A stretch of DNA of 37,076 bases. It comes from Synechococcus sp. PNGco_S_binSS4 (GTDB taxonomy: Bacteria > Cyanobacteriota > Cyanobacteriia > PCC-6307 > Cyanobiaceae). The notes under the pieces are model-generated. The model was not told the origin of the DNA. It worked only from the letters and a program-made list of their open reading frames with translations, and did no database searches. A program made the translations under genes and the position numbers. Positions 21,057 through 31,063 of this stretch are shown here, one piece after another; position 1 is the first letter of the stretch, and each line of letters begins with the position of its first letter. The stretch spans positions 1 through 37,076 of the forward strand of contig RKSC01000168.1 in the NCBI GenBank assembly GCA_007571085.1, in the 5' to 3' direction.

Positions 21057-22091
21057 ATGGCCCACGCTCTTCCCTGTGATCCCTTCTTGAAGGCAGGTGG
21101 TCCCTTGCTGGATGTGCGCAGCCCTGGGGAATTTGCCCATGGCCACATTCCCCATGCCCACAACCTGCCCCTGTTCAGTGATGAGGAGCGGGCTGCAGTG
21201 GGAACTATTTACAAGCACCAGGGTCGCCGTGCCGCAGTGCGCCATGGGCTTGAGCTTGTGGGGCCACGACTGGTTCTGTTGGCGGATCAAGCTGCGGCGC
21301 TGGCAGAGGAGGGTACCCCCCTGCGGGTGCATTGCTGGCGTGGTGGATTGCGCAGCAGCAGTACCACCTGGCTCCTGGAGACCTATGGCCTGCCCTGCCA
21401 CCTGCTGGAGGGAGGCTACAAGGGTTTTCGCAGGTGGGTACGCCAGACCATGGCCCAGCCTCGTCCCATGGTGCTCCTCGGTGGTTCCACAGGCAGTGGC
21501 AAAACAGAGGTGCTCCACGCCCTTCAAGGTGCCGGGGCTCAGATATTGGATCTGGAGGGCTTAGCCCACCACCGGGGCAGCAGTTTTGGGGGTCTCGGTC
21601 AACCTGCTCAGCCCACCACAGAGCAATTTGAAAACGAGATTGCCATGGCTTTGCAGGCCCTCTCCACAGAGCAAGCAATTTGGATTGAAGATGAGAGTGC
21701 CCAGTTGGGACGTTGTCGCATTGCCCCTGAGTTGTTTCTGCAGATGCAACAGGCACCGGTGGTGGAGTTGCGGCGCTCAGATGGGGAACGGTTGGACCGG
21801 CTGCTGGCCATCTATGGCCCAATGGCGCCCCAGGAGCTTGTGCATGCCACCCAAAGGATTGGCAAACGCCTAGGACCCCAGAGAACCAAACAGGCGGTCC
21901 AGGCCATTGAAGCAGGTTATCTCCGTCAGGCCTGCCAGGTGATCCTCGACTACTACGACAGAACCTATGCCTATGGCCTGAGGCGCTGTCACCATCCTCC
22001 CATTCCCTTGGTGAGTTCAGGGGAGTCCAATGAAGCCATTGCCCAACGGCTCCTAGCCCTGGGGCCAACGCTCTGGAAACCCAGCCTGTAG
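21057..22091 (+). CDS. mnmH: tRNA 2-selenouridine synthase
   Basis: Rhodanese DVRSPGEF..HCWRGGLRS, P-loop GSTGSGKT, DLEGLAHHRGSSFG, LDYYD. Confidence 0.93.
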   Translation: MAHALPCDPFLKAGGPLLDVRSPGEFAHGHIPHAHNLPLFSDEERAAVGTIYKHQGRRAAVRHGLELVGPRLVLLADQAAALAEEGTPLRVHCWRGGLRSSSTTWLLETYGLPCHLLEGGYKGFRRWVRQTMAQPRPMVLLGGSTGSGKTEVLHALQGAGAQILDLEGLAHHRGSSFGGLGQPAQPTTEQFENEIAMALQALSTEQAIWIEDESAQLGRCRIAPELFLQMQQAPVVELRRSDGERLDRLLAIYGPMAPQELVHATQRIGKRLGPQRTKQAVQAIEAGYLRQACQVILDYYDRTYAYGLRRCHHPPIPLVSSGESNEAIAQRLLALGPTLWKPSL

Positions 22092-22110
22092 GCTACCCAT
22101 TCTTGAAGCA

Positions 22111-22452
22111 GTGATGATGGCAGCCATTCAGTTTTTTCCAGGAATTGACGAGACCGTCATTCCAGATATTCGTATGACCCGTTCCCGGGATGGGATGACC
22201 GGTCAGGCCATTTTCCTCTTTGAGGAGCCAGATGCGTTGGCGCCGGAGATGACTGGCACCATTGCCGGCATGTTCCTTGTGGATGAAGAGGGGGAGCTGG
22301 TGAGTCGAGAGGTGAGGGGAAAGTTTGTAAATGGCCGTGCCAGCGCCATTGAAGCTGTCTACACTTGGAAAACAACAGAAGAATTTGAGCGTTTCATGCG
22401 CTTTGCTAAGCGCTATGCCAAGCGTGCCAACCTGGACTTTGCCCAGAGCTAA
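22111..22452 (+). CDS. psb28: Photosystem II reaction centre protein Psb28
   Basis: IQFFPGIDE..PDIRMTRSRDG..GMFLVDEEG..KFVNG..ERFMRF. Confidence 0.93.
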   Translation: MMMAAIQFFPGIDETVIPDIRMTRSRDGMTGQAIFLFEEPDALAPEMTGTIAGMFLVDEEGELVSREVRGKFVNGRASAIEAVYTWKTTEEFERFMRFAKRYAKRANLDFAQS

Positions 22453-22467
22453 GGGCAGGAGAGGTGT

Positions 22468-23559
22468 ATGGGCCTTGGTCAGTGTATTGGTCTCCTAGCA
22501 ACTGCCGCCGCGGCAATCCTCCTCTGGAACCTCAAAGGAGTTTTGCTCCTGGTGTTTACCGCAGTGGTTCTTGCCCGCATCCTCACCTTACCAGTGGGTG
22601 CCTTGCAGAAGCACCTGGGTTGGAGGCGACCTTGGGCTTTTCTCCTGGTTCTCTTCTCCTTAATCCTGGTAATTTTTCTAGCCAGCGTGCTGTTGGTTCC
22701 ACCTTTTGTCACGGAGTTCCGCCAGCTCATTGCCCAGTTACCTGAGGCCTTCACTGCCCTGCTGACCCTCCTTGATGAGGTCTATGGTTCCCTTGTCTCC
22801 TTTGCCTATGGTGCCAATGCAGATGTACCCGACAGCATCACTGAGCTGTTGCGCCTCAGGATAGATCCGGGTGCTGCCCTTGGCCATAGCTTCCAAGGCA
22901 TCCTGGATTTTGCAGGCAACCTGGGGGGTGGGTTAGTGCAGACGGTTTTTGTGTTAGCCCTTGCGGTGATGATGGCCATTCAGCCCGCACCCCATCAGAA
23001 GTTGGTCATTCGCTTAACACCCAGCTTTTACCGCCGCCGCATGGAGGATATTCTTCACCAGTGTGGTGAAGCCTTGGGAAACTTGTTGATGGGCATCTTG
23101 ATTAGCTCCATCTGCGTTTCATTGATGGCTGGAATTGGTTTGAGCATAATGGGAGTAAAACTGGTGGTGGCCAACGCCCTACTGGCTGGCCTACTCAATG
23201 TGATACCCAACCTGGGCCCCACCTTAAGCACGGTGTTTCCCATTTCCGTGGCCCTGACAGATTCCCTCTGGAAGGTGGTGGGTGTTGTGGTTCTCTACGG
23301 GCTGGTTCAGAACATTGAGAGCTATGGCATCACCCCTTACGTGATGCATCAACAGGTGAAGCTGCTTCCCGGGCTGACCCTACTGTCCCAATTTGTCTTC
23401 ACCGTCCTCCTAGGACCACTGGGTTTGCTCATGGCCCTGCCCCTAGTGGTGGTGATACAGGTTTTGGTCCGGGAAGTGCTGGTGCGCGATGTGATGGATC
23501 AGTGGCTTCTCAATGGTGAGAGTGCCGTGGCCAAAGCAATGGCAAGGCAAGGAGATTGA
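22468..23559 (+). CDS. AI-2E family transporter
   Basis: Multi-TM protein; LLNVIPNLGP, QNIESYGITP, GPLGLLMALPL. Confidence 0.9.
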   Translation: MGLGQCIGLLATAAAAILLWNLKGVLLLVFTAVVLARILTLPVGALQKHLGWRRPWAFLLVLFSLILVIFLASVLLVPPFVTEFRQLIAQLPEAFTALLTLLDEVYGSLVSFAYGANADVPDSITELLRLRIDPGAALGHSFQGILDFAGNLGGGLVQTVFVLALAVMMAIQPAPHQKLVIRLTPSFYRRRMEDILHQCGEALGNLLMGILISSICVSLMAGIGLSIMGVKLVVANALLAGLLNVIPNLGPTLSTVFPISVALTDSLWKVVGVVVLYGLVQNIESYGITPYVMHQQVKLLPGLTLLSQFVFTVLLGPLGLLMALPLVVVIQVLVREVLVRDVMDQWLLNGESAVAKAMARQGD

Positions 23560-23701
23560 GCAGGGACAATGACTGAGCCTGAAGGCTGTAAGCCAGTGCT
23601 GTCCATGTGAAATGGTCTAAGAGCAAACCCAGCTCACCCCTCAGCTGCATAAGGGCCAGAAGGGTGATGAGGGTAAGGAGAAACTTTTGCAGGCCACGCA
23701 A
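23510..23701 (-). CDS. Small conserved membrane hypothetical protein downstream of secF
   Basis: LRGELGLLLDHFTWTAL resembles the small ORF recalled in this position in picocyanobacteria; TTG start 8 nt after the secF stop. Confidence 0.55.
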   Translation of the reverse strand: MRGLQKFLLTLITLLALMQLRGELGLLLDHFTWTALAYSLQAQSLSLLNLLALPLLWPRHSHH

Positions 23702-23709
23702 TTGCAGAT

Positions 23710-24789
23710 TCAGGCTGATGCTGGAGATTGTATGACTGGGGTAGGGGGTTCCTTCTTCACCAGACCCAGTAAGAGAGGGGCCACAAACAGGGAGGAATAG
23801 GTGCCCACCCCGATGCCAAATCCTAGGGCAGCGGCAAACCAGCGCAGTTCTCCCCCGCTAAAGAGGGCCAGGGCAATAATGGGCAGCTCAGTGGTGATGG
23901 ATGTGTTGATGGAGCGCACCAAGCTGGCAGCAATGGAGCGGTCGATGCGGGCAATGGCACTCAGGTGAGGTTGGAGGCCATTGGTTTCCCGGATACGATC
24001 AAACACCACCACGGTGTCGTTCACCGAATATCCCGCCAGGGTCAGCAGGGCCACTGCAAAAAGGCTATCCACTTCCACATCAAACAACCGACCCAACCAG
24101 GCAAAGAGCCCAGCCACGATCACCACGTCATGGACAAGTGCCCCTAGGGCTAAAACGGCGTTGATTGGAGAAAAGCGAATGGCGATATAGATAGCCACCC
24201 CCAAAAATGCAGCCCCCAAGGCTAGAAGGGCAGATCTGAGCAACTGGTCCCCCAGGGATGGACCAATGGTGTCCACTTGGGTGCGCTCCCCTTGAAACTG
24301 GCCCAGGGATTCGGATCTGCCCAGGTGGCTCTCAATGGCTTCGGCCTGCTCAATGGTTAAGGCCGTGGAGCGCAGCAGCAGACCCTCCCCATTGTCTAGA
24401 AGCTGGAGGCTAAAGCTAGATGGTGCAGGTGGGGGCTGATCCCCTGCAGAATCCAATTGCAGCTCCGCCAGAGCCGAGCGCACCACCGGCAGCTGGAGCC
24501 GCTCACTGTCTTCACAGGGGCCAGGATTATGGCAAGCCAACTCCATCTGGATACTGGTTCCACCACGGAAGTCCAGCCCAGCCCGTAGGGGACCACCAAT
24601 TTGAGGATCCATCCCATTGAGCACAAAGCCCAAAAGAGACAGCAATATCATTAGACCTGAGAGGCCCAAGAGTACCCAGCGGTAACGGCTGGCTTGAAAT
24701 CCTGTAAAAGGCCCATGGGGGATGGGCGCCTGGGGTTTAGGGCCTGACGGTATCTCAGGGGGGGAGGGAAGGATCTCGCTTGAGGTCAT
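23710..24789 (-). CDS. secF: Protein translocase subunit SecF
   Basis: GLDFRGG, IGPSLG, HDV, GYSVNDTVVVFDRIRE, RSINTS, GTYSS. Confidence 0.96.
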   Translation of the reverse strand: MTSSEILPSPPEIPSGPKPQAPIPHGPFTGFQASRYRWVLLGLSGLMILLSLLGFVLNGMDPQIGGPLRAGLDFRGGTSIQMELACHNPGPCEDSERLQLPVVRSALAELQLDSAGDQPPPAPSSFSLQLLDNGEGLLLRSTALTIEQAEAIESHLGRSESLGQFQGERTQVDTIGPSLGDQLLRSALLALGAAFLGVAIYIAIRFSPINAVLALGALVHDVVIVAGLFAWLGRLFDVEVDSLFAVALLTLAGYSVNDTVVVFDRIRETNGLQPHLSAIARIDRSIAASLVRSINTSITTELPIIALALFSGGELRWFAAALGFGIGVGTYSSLFVAPLLLGLVKKEPPTPVIQSPASA

Positions 24790-26270
24790 TGCACAGACTG
24801 GAAGTACTTGATCTGGCGAAGGGTTGGATACAGTAAGAGGGTGGTTTTCAAAATTGTCCTGCTGCAGATCAGGCTTGTGAATAGGCTAAGGCCCACCCCA
24901 ATGCCTAGGGTGATGGCAAAGCCCCGCACCAAGCCACTGCCTAGGTAGCCCAGGGCCAAACAGCTGATCAAGGTGGTGACACTGCCATCAAAGATGGAGC
25001 TAGAGGCTCTGCCGAAGCCAGCCTCCACTGCTTGGTAGAGCTTGCGGCCAGAGTGCAGCTCCTCCCGGATGCGCTCAAAGATGAGCACATTGGCATCCAC
25101 CGCCATACCAAAACTCAAAATCAGGCCAGCAATGCCCGGCAGGGTGAGCACCACCGGAATCAATGCATAGACAGCCAGATTGAAAATGGCGTAGATGGCC
25201 AAGGCTGCAACAGCCACCAGGCCAGGCAGCCGATAGATCATCACCATCAACACACTCACAAAGACCAAACCCACCAGGGCAGCACTGAGGCTGCGGCGCA
25301 CATTGTCAGAGCCCAAGGTGGCCCCCACGGTGCGCTGCTCCACGATTTCAGTGTCATAGGGCAAGGAGCCTCCCCGAAGCTGCACCTCCAGCTCCCGGGC
25401 TTGCTCCAGGCTGAAGGTACCAGTAATGCGGGCCCCGCCTCCTGTAATCCCATTCTCACGAAACTCTGGTCCCACAGTGGCCTCACTGATGGAGCGGCCA
25501 TCCAAGAGAATGGCCAACCGTAGGTTGGGGTTGGAGGCTACTTGCTTGGTGAGATCAGCAAAGGTTTGTGCCCCATCTGCGGAGAAGGTGAGGTTCAGCT
25601 GGTAATAACTTCCTTGGGACTGCGGATTGGGCTCAGCCACCGCCTGCACCAGATCCTCACCGGTGAGGGGATACAGGTCAAACAACTGACCGATGTCCTG
25701 TTCCAGCTGGTCCAGGTTTGCCTGAGCGGTTGCCAGGGCCTCCTGCACAGCACCACGCTGTTCAGCCCCGGCTCCGCGAGCTCTCTGCAGCTGTTCCAGT
25801 TGCAGCTGGCCAATGAGCACCTCACGGCTGGCGTCTTGGCGCTCCTCCACCAATGTTCTGTAGCGATCCACTTCACTGGGACGCAGGATGCCAAATTGGA
25901 GAAAGGCCTTTTTGGTGATCTGGGTTGCCGCCTGTTGCAGGGTGTTATCCACCTGTTCCTCAGGGGCTTCTCCATCATCCCCCTGGGTGACCTGGGGAAT
26001 GGGTAGTTGCACCACCACCCGATCTGAGCCCACTGTGTAGATTTGGGTTTGGGCAATTCCTAGGCCATCAATGCGCCGCTGGATCACGTTTTTGACTCCA
26101 TCCAGATCAGGGGCAGTAATGACCAACTCTGGATCAGAACTCAACACCCGGGCGCTGAGCTGATGTCCTCCCCGCAGATCTAGGCCCAGCTGGAGTGACT
26201 GACTGCTCAGCAAGACCACGGCCGCCAGTGTTGCAGCCAGAATCACGGGGAACCATCCTTGACGGACCAT
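24786..26270 (-). CDS. secD: Protein translocase subunit SecD
   Basis: LGLDLRGG, GGSLP, VGATLG, LTLPGIAG, GMAVDANVLIFERIREE. Confidence 0.96.
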   Translation of the reverse strand: MVRQGWFPVILAATLAAVVLLSSQSLQLGLDLRGGHQLSARVLSSDPELVITAPDLDGVKNVIQRRIDGLGIAQTQIYTVGSDRVVVQLPIPQVTQGDDGEAPEEQVDNTLQQAATQITKKAFLQFGILRPSEVDRYRTLVEERQDASREVLIGQLQLEQLQRARGAGAEQRGAVQEALATAQANLDQLEQDIGQLFDLYPLTGEDLVQAVAEPNPQSQGSYYQLNLTFSADGAQTFADLTKQVASNPNLRLAILLDGRSISEATVGPEFRENGITGGGARITGTFSLEQARELEVQLRGGSLPYDTEIVEQRTVGATLGSDNVRRSLSAALVGLVFVSVLMVMIYRLPGLVAVAALAIYAIFNLAVYALIPVVLTLPGIAGLILSFGMAVDANVLIFERIREELHSGRKLYQAVEAGFGRASSSIFDGSVTTLISCLALGYLGSGLVRGFAITLGIGVGLSLFTSLICSRTILKTTLLLYPTLRQIKYFQSVQ

Positions 26271-26271
26271 T

Positions 26272-27255
26272 TTAAATCTGACCTCGAATCAGTTGCTGAC
26301 AGGTTTCCACAATTTGGTGCGGTTGGATAATGGTGTGGTTTTCTAGGGTGCCGTTGTAGGGGGTGGGGATATCCTGGGAGGAGAGGCGAACAGGCCGGGC
26401 ATCCAGCTCATCAAAGCAGTGTTCATTGATGAGGGCCATGAGCTCAGCGCCAATGCCACCAGTTTTCATGCACTCCTCCACGATGACCACCCGGTGAGTC
26501 TTGCGGATGGAGGTCGTGATGGTGTCCAAGTCAAAGGGTTTTAGGCTAATCAGGTCAATGAGTTCTGGATCATGGCCCAATGCGGTGAGTTGCTCCACAG
26601 CTTTGAGGCAGTGGTGGCGCATGCGGGAATAGGTGAGCAGTGTCACATCTTGGCCTTCCCGCACCAGGTCTGCCTGGTCCAAGGCACAGGTGTAGTGGCC
26701 TTCTGGTAGCTCTTCGCTCAGGTTGTAGAGCAGCACGTGCTCAAAGAACAGGACCGGGTTGTCATCACGAATGGCAGCCTTCAGCAAGCCCTTGGCATTG
26801 GTGGGGGTGCTGCAGGCCACAATCTTGATTCCGGGCACCGCATGGAAATAGGCCTCCAACCGTTGGCTGTGTTCTGCCCCCAGCTGTCGCCCCACACCCC
26901 CTGGCCCTCGCACCACGGCAGGGATTGTGTAGTTGCCCCCACTGGTGTAGCGCAACATGCCCATGTTGTTGGAAATCTGATTAAAGGCCAGGAGCAAAAA
27001 GCCCATGTTCATGCCCTCCACAATAGGGCGCAAGCCCGTCATGGCTGCTCCCACTGCCATGCCGGTGAAGCTGTTCTCTGCGATGGGGGTATCGAGGAGC
27101 CGCAGCTCCCCATATTTTTTGTAGAGGTCCCTGGTGACTTTGTAGGACCCACCGTAGTGTCCCACATCTTCACCGATGACCAGCACACGGGGGTCCCGCT
27201 CCATCTCCTCATCGATGGCTTCGCGGAGAGCATTGAAAAGAAGGGTTTCTGCCAC
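26272..27255 (-). CDS. pdhB: Pyruvate dehydrogenase E1 beta subunit
   Basis: [37 protein letters not shown]. Confidence 0.97.
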   Translation of the reverse strand: MAETLLFNALREAIDEEMERDPRVLVIGEDVGHYGGSYKVTRDLYKKYGELRLLDTPIAENSFTGMAVGAAMTGLRPIVEGMNMGFLLLAFNQISNNMGMLRYTSGGNYTIPAVVRGPGGVGRQLGAEHSQRLEAYFHAVPGIKIVACSTPTNAKGLLKAAIRDDNPVLFFEHVLLYNLSEELPEGHYTCALDQADLVREGQDVTLLTYSRMRHHCLKAVEQLTALGHDPELIDLISLKPFDLDTITTSIRKTHRVVIVEECMKTGGIGAELMALINEHCFDELDARPVRLSSQDIPTPYNGTLENHTIIQPHQIVETCQQLIRGQI

Positions 27256-27344
27256 AAGCCCAAGGTCATGCCCATGTGGTGAGCATTGAAAGGAAAGCTT
27301 CTCAAAGTTAACCCAGGCTGGGAGTCATGGGTCTGCAAGGTGGC

Positions 27345-27440
27345 TCAACCACCTGCAGCAAAGCTGGTGAGCAGGAGCACAGAAAGCATCAGTCCAGGGC
27401 TCAAGAGCAAGGCCAGGAGGCCCAGATCATGGGGTGTCAT
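27345..27440 (-). CDS. 31-aa single-TM small protein (MTPHDLGLLALLLSPGLMLSVLLLTSFAAGG)
   Basis: Clean ATG..TGA ORF below the ORF-track cutoff, co-oriented between DUF3082 and pdhB; resembles a recalled cyanobacterial smORF family ending FAxGG. Confidence 0.7.
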   Translation of the reverse strand: MTPHDLGLLALLLSPGLMLSVLLLTSFAAGG

Positions 27441-27482
27441 GGGGAATGAACCACTACCTACTCCAGTTTAGCCAGCTGGGAT

Positions 27483-27809
27483 CTAGGGAGCACTGCTGGG
27501 AAGTAAGGAGCGCACCAGCAATAGGAACAGCCCCAGGCCAATGAAGATGAAACTGAAAACAGCCAGAAAACTGGTGCCGATGAGAATGGTTTTGAGGGCC
27601 ACAGCAATGCTTTGGGCAATGGGCTTGCTGTAGTGGGGAGGATGGAGGGTGAAGTGGACCACAAGCCTCTGGGCCACCAGCCAGGAGAGCACAGCAAATA
27701 GGCTGCTACTCAACCAGCCCACCATGTAGCGAAGGGGTCCGTAGTGGGGACCTGGGGAATCCGGAGGCCCAGGTTCTCTTCCAGGGGATGTGGGTTGGGT
27801 CATGGCCAA
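27483..27809 (-). CDS. DUF3082 family membrane protein
   Basis: GPLRYMVG..HPPHY..IAQSIAVALKTILIG..FLAVFSF..GLGLFLL. Confidence 0.85.
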   Translation of the reverse strand: MAMTQPTSPGREPGPPDSPGPHYGPLRYMVGWLSSSLFAVLSWLVAQRLVVHFTLHPPHYSKPIAQSIAVALKTILIGTSFLAVFSFIFIGLGLFLLLVRSLLPSSAP

Positions 27810-27812
27810 AGC

Positions 27813-28742
27813 TCAGCAAAAACGAACCCCATCCTCCCGGAGACCACAGGCCCAGGAGTCCATGCCGTTGTCCTTGAGGTGACCAGACAAGCTGCGGTGA
27901 GTCACCTGGGCAGCCTCCATGGTGGGGAAGAGGGCAAATACACTGGGGCCAGAACCACTCATGGAAACTCCACAGCAGTTGGGAATCTGGCCCAGCAGCT
28001 CTAGGCTTTTCCCCACGGCAGGCACCTGGGCGGTCACCACCCCTTCCATTTGGTTACAGAGCAGCTCACCCACTGTGGGAAAATCTCCCCGCTGCAAGGC
28101 TGCCACCATCTCCCCATGGCGCATGGTCTGGCGGGCGCGGCAGAAAGCCTGCTCTCCTCTCAAATAACCCTGGCCCAACTCCTGCCGACAGAGGCCATAG
28201 GCCCAGGCGGTGTTCACTGATGCATCAACCCGTTTGCCGAGCAAGACGGCCCCTCCCCCGGTCTTGGCCACCGGTTCCAACCGCTCACCCCGTCCAAAGC
28301 AGAGCTGGGTACCTCCCGCCATAAAAAAGGGCACATCAGATCCCAGCTGGGCCCCATAGAGCCTTAGCTCTTCGGCGGAGAGTTCCAGCTCCCAGAGCCG
28401 GTTTAAGCCCACGAGAGCGGCGGCTGCATTGCTGGAGCCACCCCCCAAACCTGCCCTGACGGGAATGCGCTTCCGCAGATGCATCCGGGCGTTCAACTGC
28501 CGCTCAGGGAAGGCTTGCCGCAGCAGCAGGGCCGCCTGCATCACCAAGTTGGTTTGGTCACTGGCCAGTTCTGCCCCTTCACAGTGAAGCTGCAGACCAC
28601 TGTGGGTCTCCAGCATCAGCTCATCACAGAGGTCGATGGCCTGCATCACCATGGCCAGCTCATGGAAACCGTCATCCCTCAGACCCAGCAGGGCCAGGTG
28701 CAGGTTCACTTTGGCGGGAGATTCCAGCTGCAGGCAGGTCAT
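27813..28742 (-). CDS. ispE: 4-diphosphocytidyl-2-C-methyl-D-erythritol kinase
   Basis: PAKVNLHL, AGLGGGSSNAA, LGSDVPFF, MSGSGPSVF. Confidence 0.95.
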   Translation of the reverse strand: MTCLQLESPAKVNLHLALLGLRDDGFHELAMVMQAIDLCDELMLETHSGLQLHCEGAELASDQTNLVMQAALLLRQAFPERQLNARMHLRKRIPVRAGLGGGSSNAAAALVGLNRLWELELSAEELRLYGAQLGSDVPFFMAGGTQLCFGRGERLEPVAKTGGGAVLLGKRVDASVNTAWAYGLCRQELGQGYLRGEQAFCRARQTMRHGEMVAALQRGDFPTVGELLCNQMEGVVTAQVPAVGKSLELLGQIPNCCGVSMSGSGPSVFALFPTMEAAQVTHRSLSGHLKDNGMDSWACGLREDGVRFC

Positions 28743-29562
28743 GGGCGGAAAAGTGCCCCAGGGCGTGTGTCAAGGCTACCCACTGGCCAGGGGTGAGATC
28801 TTGGGGGCGCTGGCTCAGGTCTACAGAAGCCTGATGGGCCGCCTGCTCAAGACTTCCTACTGGCCAGAGGCTCCTTAAGGTTTTGCGGAGCATCTTACGG
28901 CGCCCACCGTAGGCCACCCGCAGCAGCCGCTCCAATAGGGGGGCTTGTTCCATTGTGTAAGGGCGCTGATCCAGTGGTTGGGGCATGAGCACCACCACCG
29001 CAGAGGTGACAGCTGGGGGGGGGGAAAAGCAGTCTGGGGGCACAGTACAGACTGGCTTCACCTCTGCCATGAGCTGCATGCGCACGGTAAGGGCTCCACA
29101 GGCAGGGCTACCGGGCAAGGCCGTGATGCGATCCGCCACCTCCTTCTGCAGCAGAAGGGTCAAGTGTTGGAAGGGGGGTTGTCGTGGCTGGGCAAGGCTT
29201 CCCATGAGCCGCTGCAACAGGGGACCAGTGATGTTGTAGGGAATGTTGGCCACAACTTTGTTGGGGTTATGGGGTAGGGGCAGCTTCAGCACATCCAATG
29301 CATCGCCGTGGAGCAGTAAGAAGCGCTCATCACCGCCGAAGCGCTGCTGCAAGCCACCAATGAGCTGGTTATCCAATTCCACAGCCACAACGGCAGCCAC
29401 CCGGGCGGCCAGCAGGTGTTGTGTCAGGGCCCCTCGTCCAGGACCAATTTCCAGGACCCGATCCTTGGGGTGAAACTCCGCAGCGGTGACAATCTGCCCC
29501 AGCACGCCCTGGTCACGTAACCAGTGCTGTCCTAAACGCCTGTGGTGTTGCAGCTTGATCAA
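28672..29562 (-). CDS. rsmA: 16S rRNA dimethyladenosine transferase
   Basis: GQHWL, LEIGPGRG, VANIPYNIT, LQKEVADR, RRKML. TTG start at 29562 overlaps the yraN stop. Confidence 0.93.
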   Translation of the reverse strand: MIKLQHHRRLGQHWLRDQGVLGQIVTAAEFHPKDRVLEIGPGRGALTQHLLAARVAAVVAVELDNQLIGGLQQRFGGDERFLLLHGDALDVLKLPLPHNPNKVVANIPYNITGPLLQRLMGSLAQPRQPPFQHLTLLLQKEVADRITALPGSPACGALTVRMQLMAEVKPVCTVPPDCFSPPPAVTSAVVVLMPQPLDQRPYTMEQAPLLERLLRVAYGGRRKMLRKTLRSLWPVGSLEQAAHQASVDLSQRPQDLTPGQWVALTHALGHFSAHDLPAAGISRQSEPAPGPAGSEG

Positions 29563-29948
29563 TCTAGATGTGGGGGAGGTTGGGTTACAGCATTCTCCAG
29601 ACCCACCCAGATAATCTGCTGACCACACACCACCGCCAGCCCCATGGTCACCTCACAATGGCTCCACTGGGGCGCCTCCTGCAGCCAGAGGCCAAAAGCT
29701 TGCCCTAGGCGCCGCTGCTGCTGCCAGCTGAGACAGTTGCCAGGACCACCCACAAAGGCAAGCCCTGCGGTATTGCGGCATTTCACCTCCACGATCAACA
29801 GCTGCCCATTCCGGTGGAGCAGCAGGTCCATTTCCCCATGACGACAGTGCCAGCGATGTTCCAGCATCTCCCAGCCCTGCTCCACCAGCACTGTTGCCAC
29901 CCGATGCTCTGCAGCCAGTCCCCGCTCACCGGAAGAGGGCATGGTCAT
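29559..29948 (-). CDS. YraN family (UPF0102) putative endonuclease
   Basis: GLAAE, W.CRHGEMDL, IVEVK.R. Confidence 0.85.
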   Translation of the reverse strand: MTMPSSGERGLAAEHRVATVLVEQGWEMLEHRWHCRHGEMDLLLHRNGQLLIVEVKCRNTAGLAFVGGPGNCLSWQQQRRLGQAFGLWLQEAPQWSHCEVTMGLAVVCGQQIIWVGLENAVTQPPPHLD

Positions 29949-30042
29949 TGTGTGTTATGGAGGATGGTCTAAAGATTCCCCTGGTCTGGTGGTTAGAAAA
30001 CCCACAGGACACCACTAGGCTGGGTGAAGCTTCCCTTAAACC

Positions 30043-30525
30043 ATGGCCTTGCTGCTGGCCCACCTGTTGGCCTTTGGCCTTGTCTTAACAGCTCTTTGGG
30101 CACCACCTCCAGCCTTGGGGGCCATGGACTACGCCAAGCAGTCCCTCATAGGGGCTGATTTCCAGGGCCAAGACCTGCGGGGCACCACATTTAACCTGAC
30201 CAATCTGCGGGAAGCCAATCTCAGCGGCTCAGATTTGCGGGGTGCCAGCCTGTTTGGGGCCAAACTTCAAGACGCCAACCTGCGGGGTGCTGATTTGAGA
30301 GAGGCCACCCTAGACTCTAGTATTCTTCGTCGAGCAGATTTAAGAGATGCCCGCCTGGAGGATGCCTTTGCGTTTAATGCCCGCTTTGAGGATGTGCATA
30401 TTGCTGGTGCAGACTTCACCAACGTGATTTTACGCAAGGATCAGCTCCGGGGTCTCTGCCAGCGGGCCGAGGGAAACAACCCGGTCACCGGTCGGCAAAC
30501 CCGCCGCACCCTCAGTTGCACCTAG
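30043..30525 (+). CDS. Lumenal pentapeptide repeat protein
   Basis: Signal peptide, A(D/N)L repeats, LC.RAEG.NPVTGR.TR.TL.C C-terminus. Confidence 0.92.
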   Translation: MALLLAHLLAFGLVLTALWAPPPALGAMDYAKQSLIGADFQGQDLRGTTFNLTNLREANLSGSDLRGASLFGAKLQDANLRGADLREATLDSSILRRADLRDARLEDAFAFNARFEDVHIAGADFTNVILRKDQLRGLCQRAEGNNPVTGRQTRRTLSCT

Positions 30526-30530
30526 ACCTG

Positions 30531-30848
30531 ATGGATTCCACCAGTCTCGAGCGCCTGGCTGCCTTAAAACGCCAGCTGCCGCAAAAGCTTCCCCTTCCTC
30601 AAGAAAAGCCAGCTCAACAAACATGCAAGGGGCGCCACCCCCTGGAGACCACCCAGGATCCCCAGGAGTTTTTCAGGGAGTTGATGAAGGCCAGCCCTGA
30701 TGGCCACATCCCTGACCATCTTCTGGCCCGCATGGGCACCATAGAGCAGGAGCACCAAGACCAGATGAAACAAAACTCCGGGGAAGAGTTGACCAGTCAA
30801 CAGGAGCAATACAGGGTTTTTGAGCAACTGCTTGAAGATGAAGATTAG
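30531..30848 (+). CDS. Conserved picocyanobacterial hypothetical protein
   Basis: SLERL..L.RQLPQKLP, HPLET..DPQEFFRELMKASPDG.IP.HL, Y..F.QLLEDE. Confidence 0.8.
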   Translation: MDSTSLERLAALKRQLPQKLPLPQEKPAQQTCKGRHPLETTQDPQEFFRELMKASPDGHIPDHLLARMGTIEQEHQDQMKQNSGEELTSQQEQYRVFEQLLEDED

Positions 30849-30861
30849 ATAAGCAGAAGCT

Positions 30862-30950
30862 GTTTAGATCAAGTTTAGATCAAGCAGAGGCTACATTGCT
30901 ATTTTAGGATCTTTCCAAGATATTGAGATATATCAAGATATTGAGATATA
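30862..30950. repeat. Two adjacent tandem duplications: gtttagatcaa x2 (30862-30883) and caagatattgagatata(t) x2 (30916-30950)
   Basis: Read directly in AT-rich intergenic DNA. Confidence 0.88.
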
Positions 30951-31063
30951 AGTTTTCTCACAGGTTTTCCTCGCAGTTTTGTCACAAGAATCTCCCACAA
31001 AAAGCCTCTCAAGGCTCTCAGCTTGGAATTTAAGAACCTTGGAGTTTAAGAGTCATTTAAGGG

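Noticed and set aside
25680-25880. Coiled-coil insertion in SecD
   Set aside because: A similar helical insert is usual in cyanobacterial SecD.
28672-28742. 71-bp overlap of rsmA with ispE
   Set aside because: Best explained by simple stop-codon drift giving a non-conserved tail.
29015-29024. G10 tract in rsmA as a phase-variation switch
   Set aside because: It is in frame and encodes the conserved F-x-P-P-P motif of an intact housekeeping gene.
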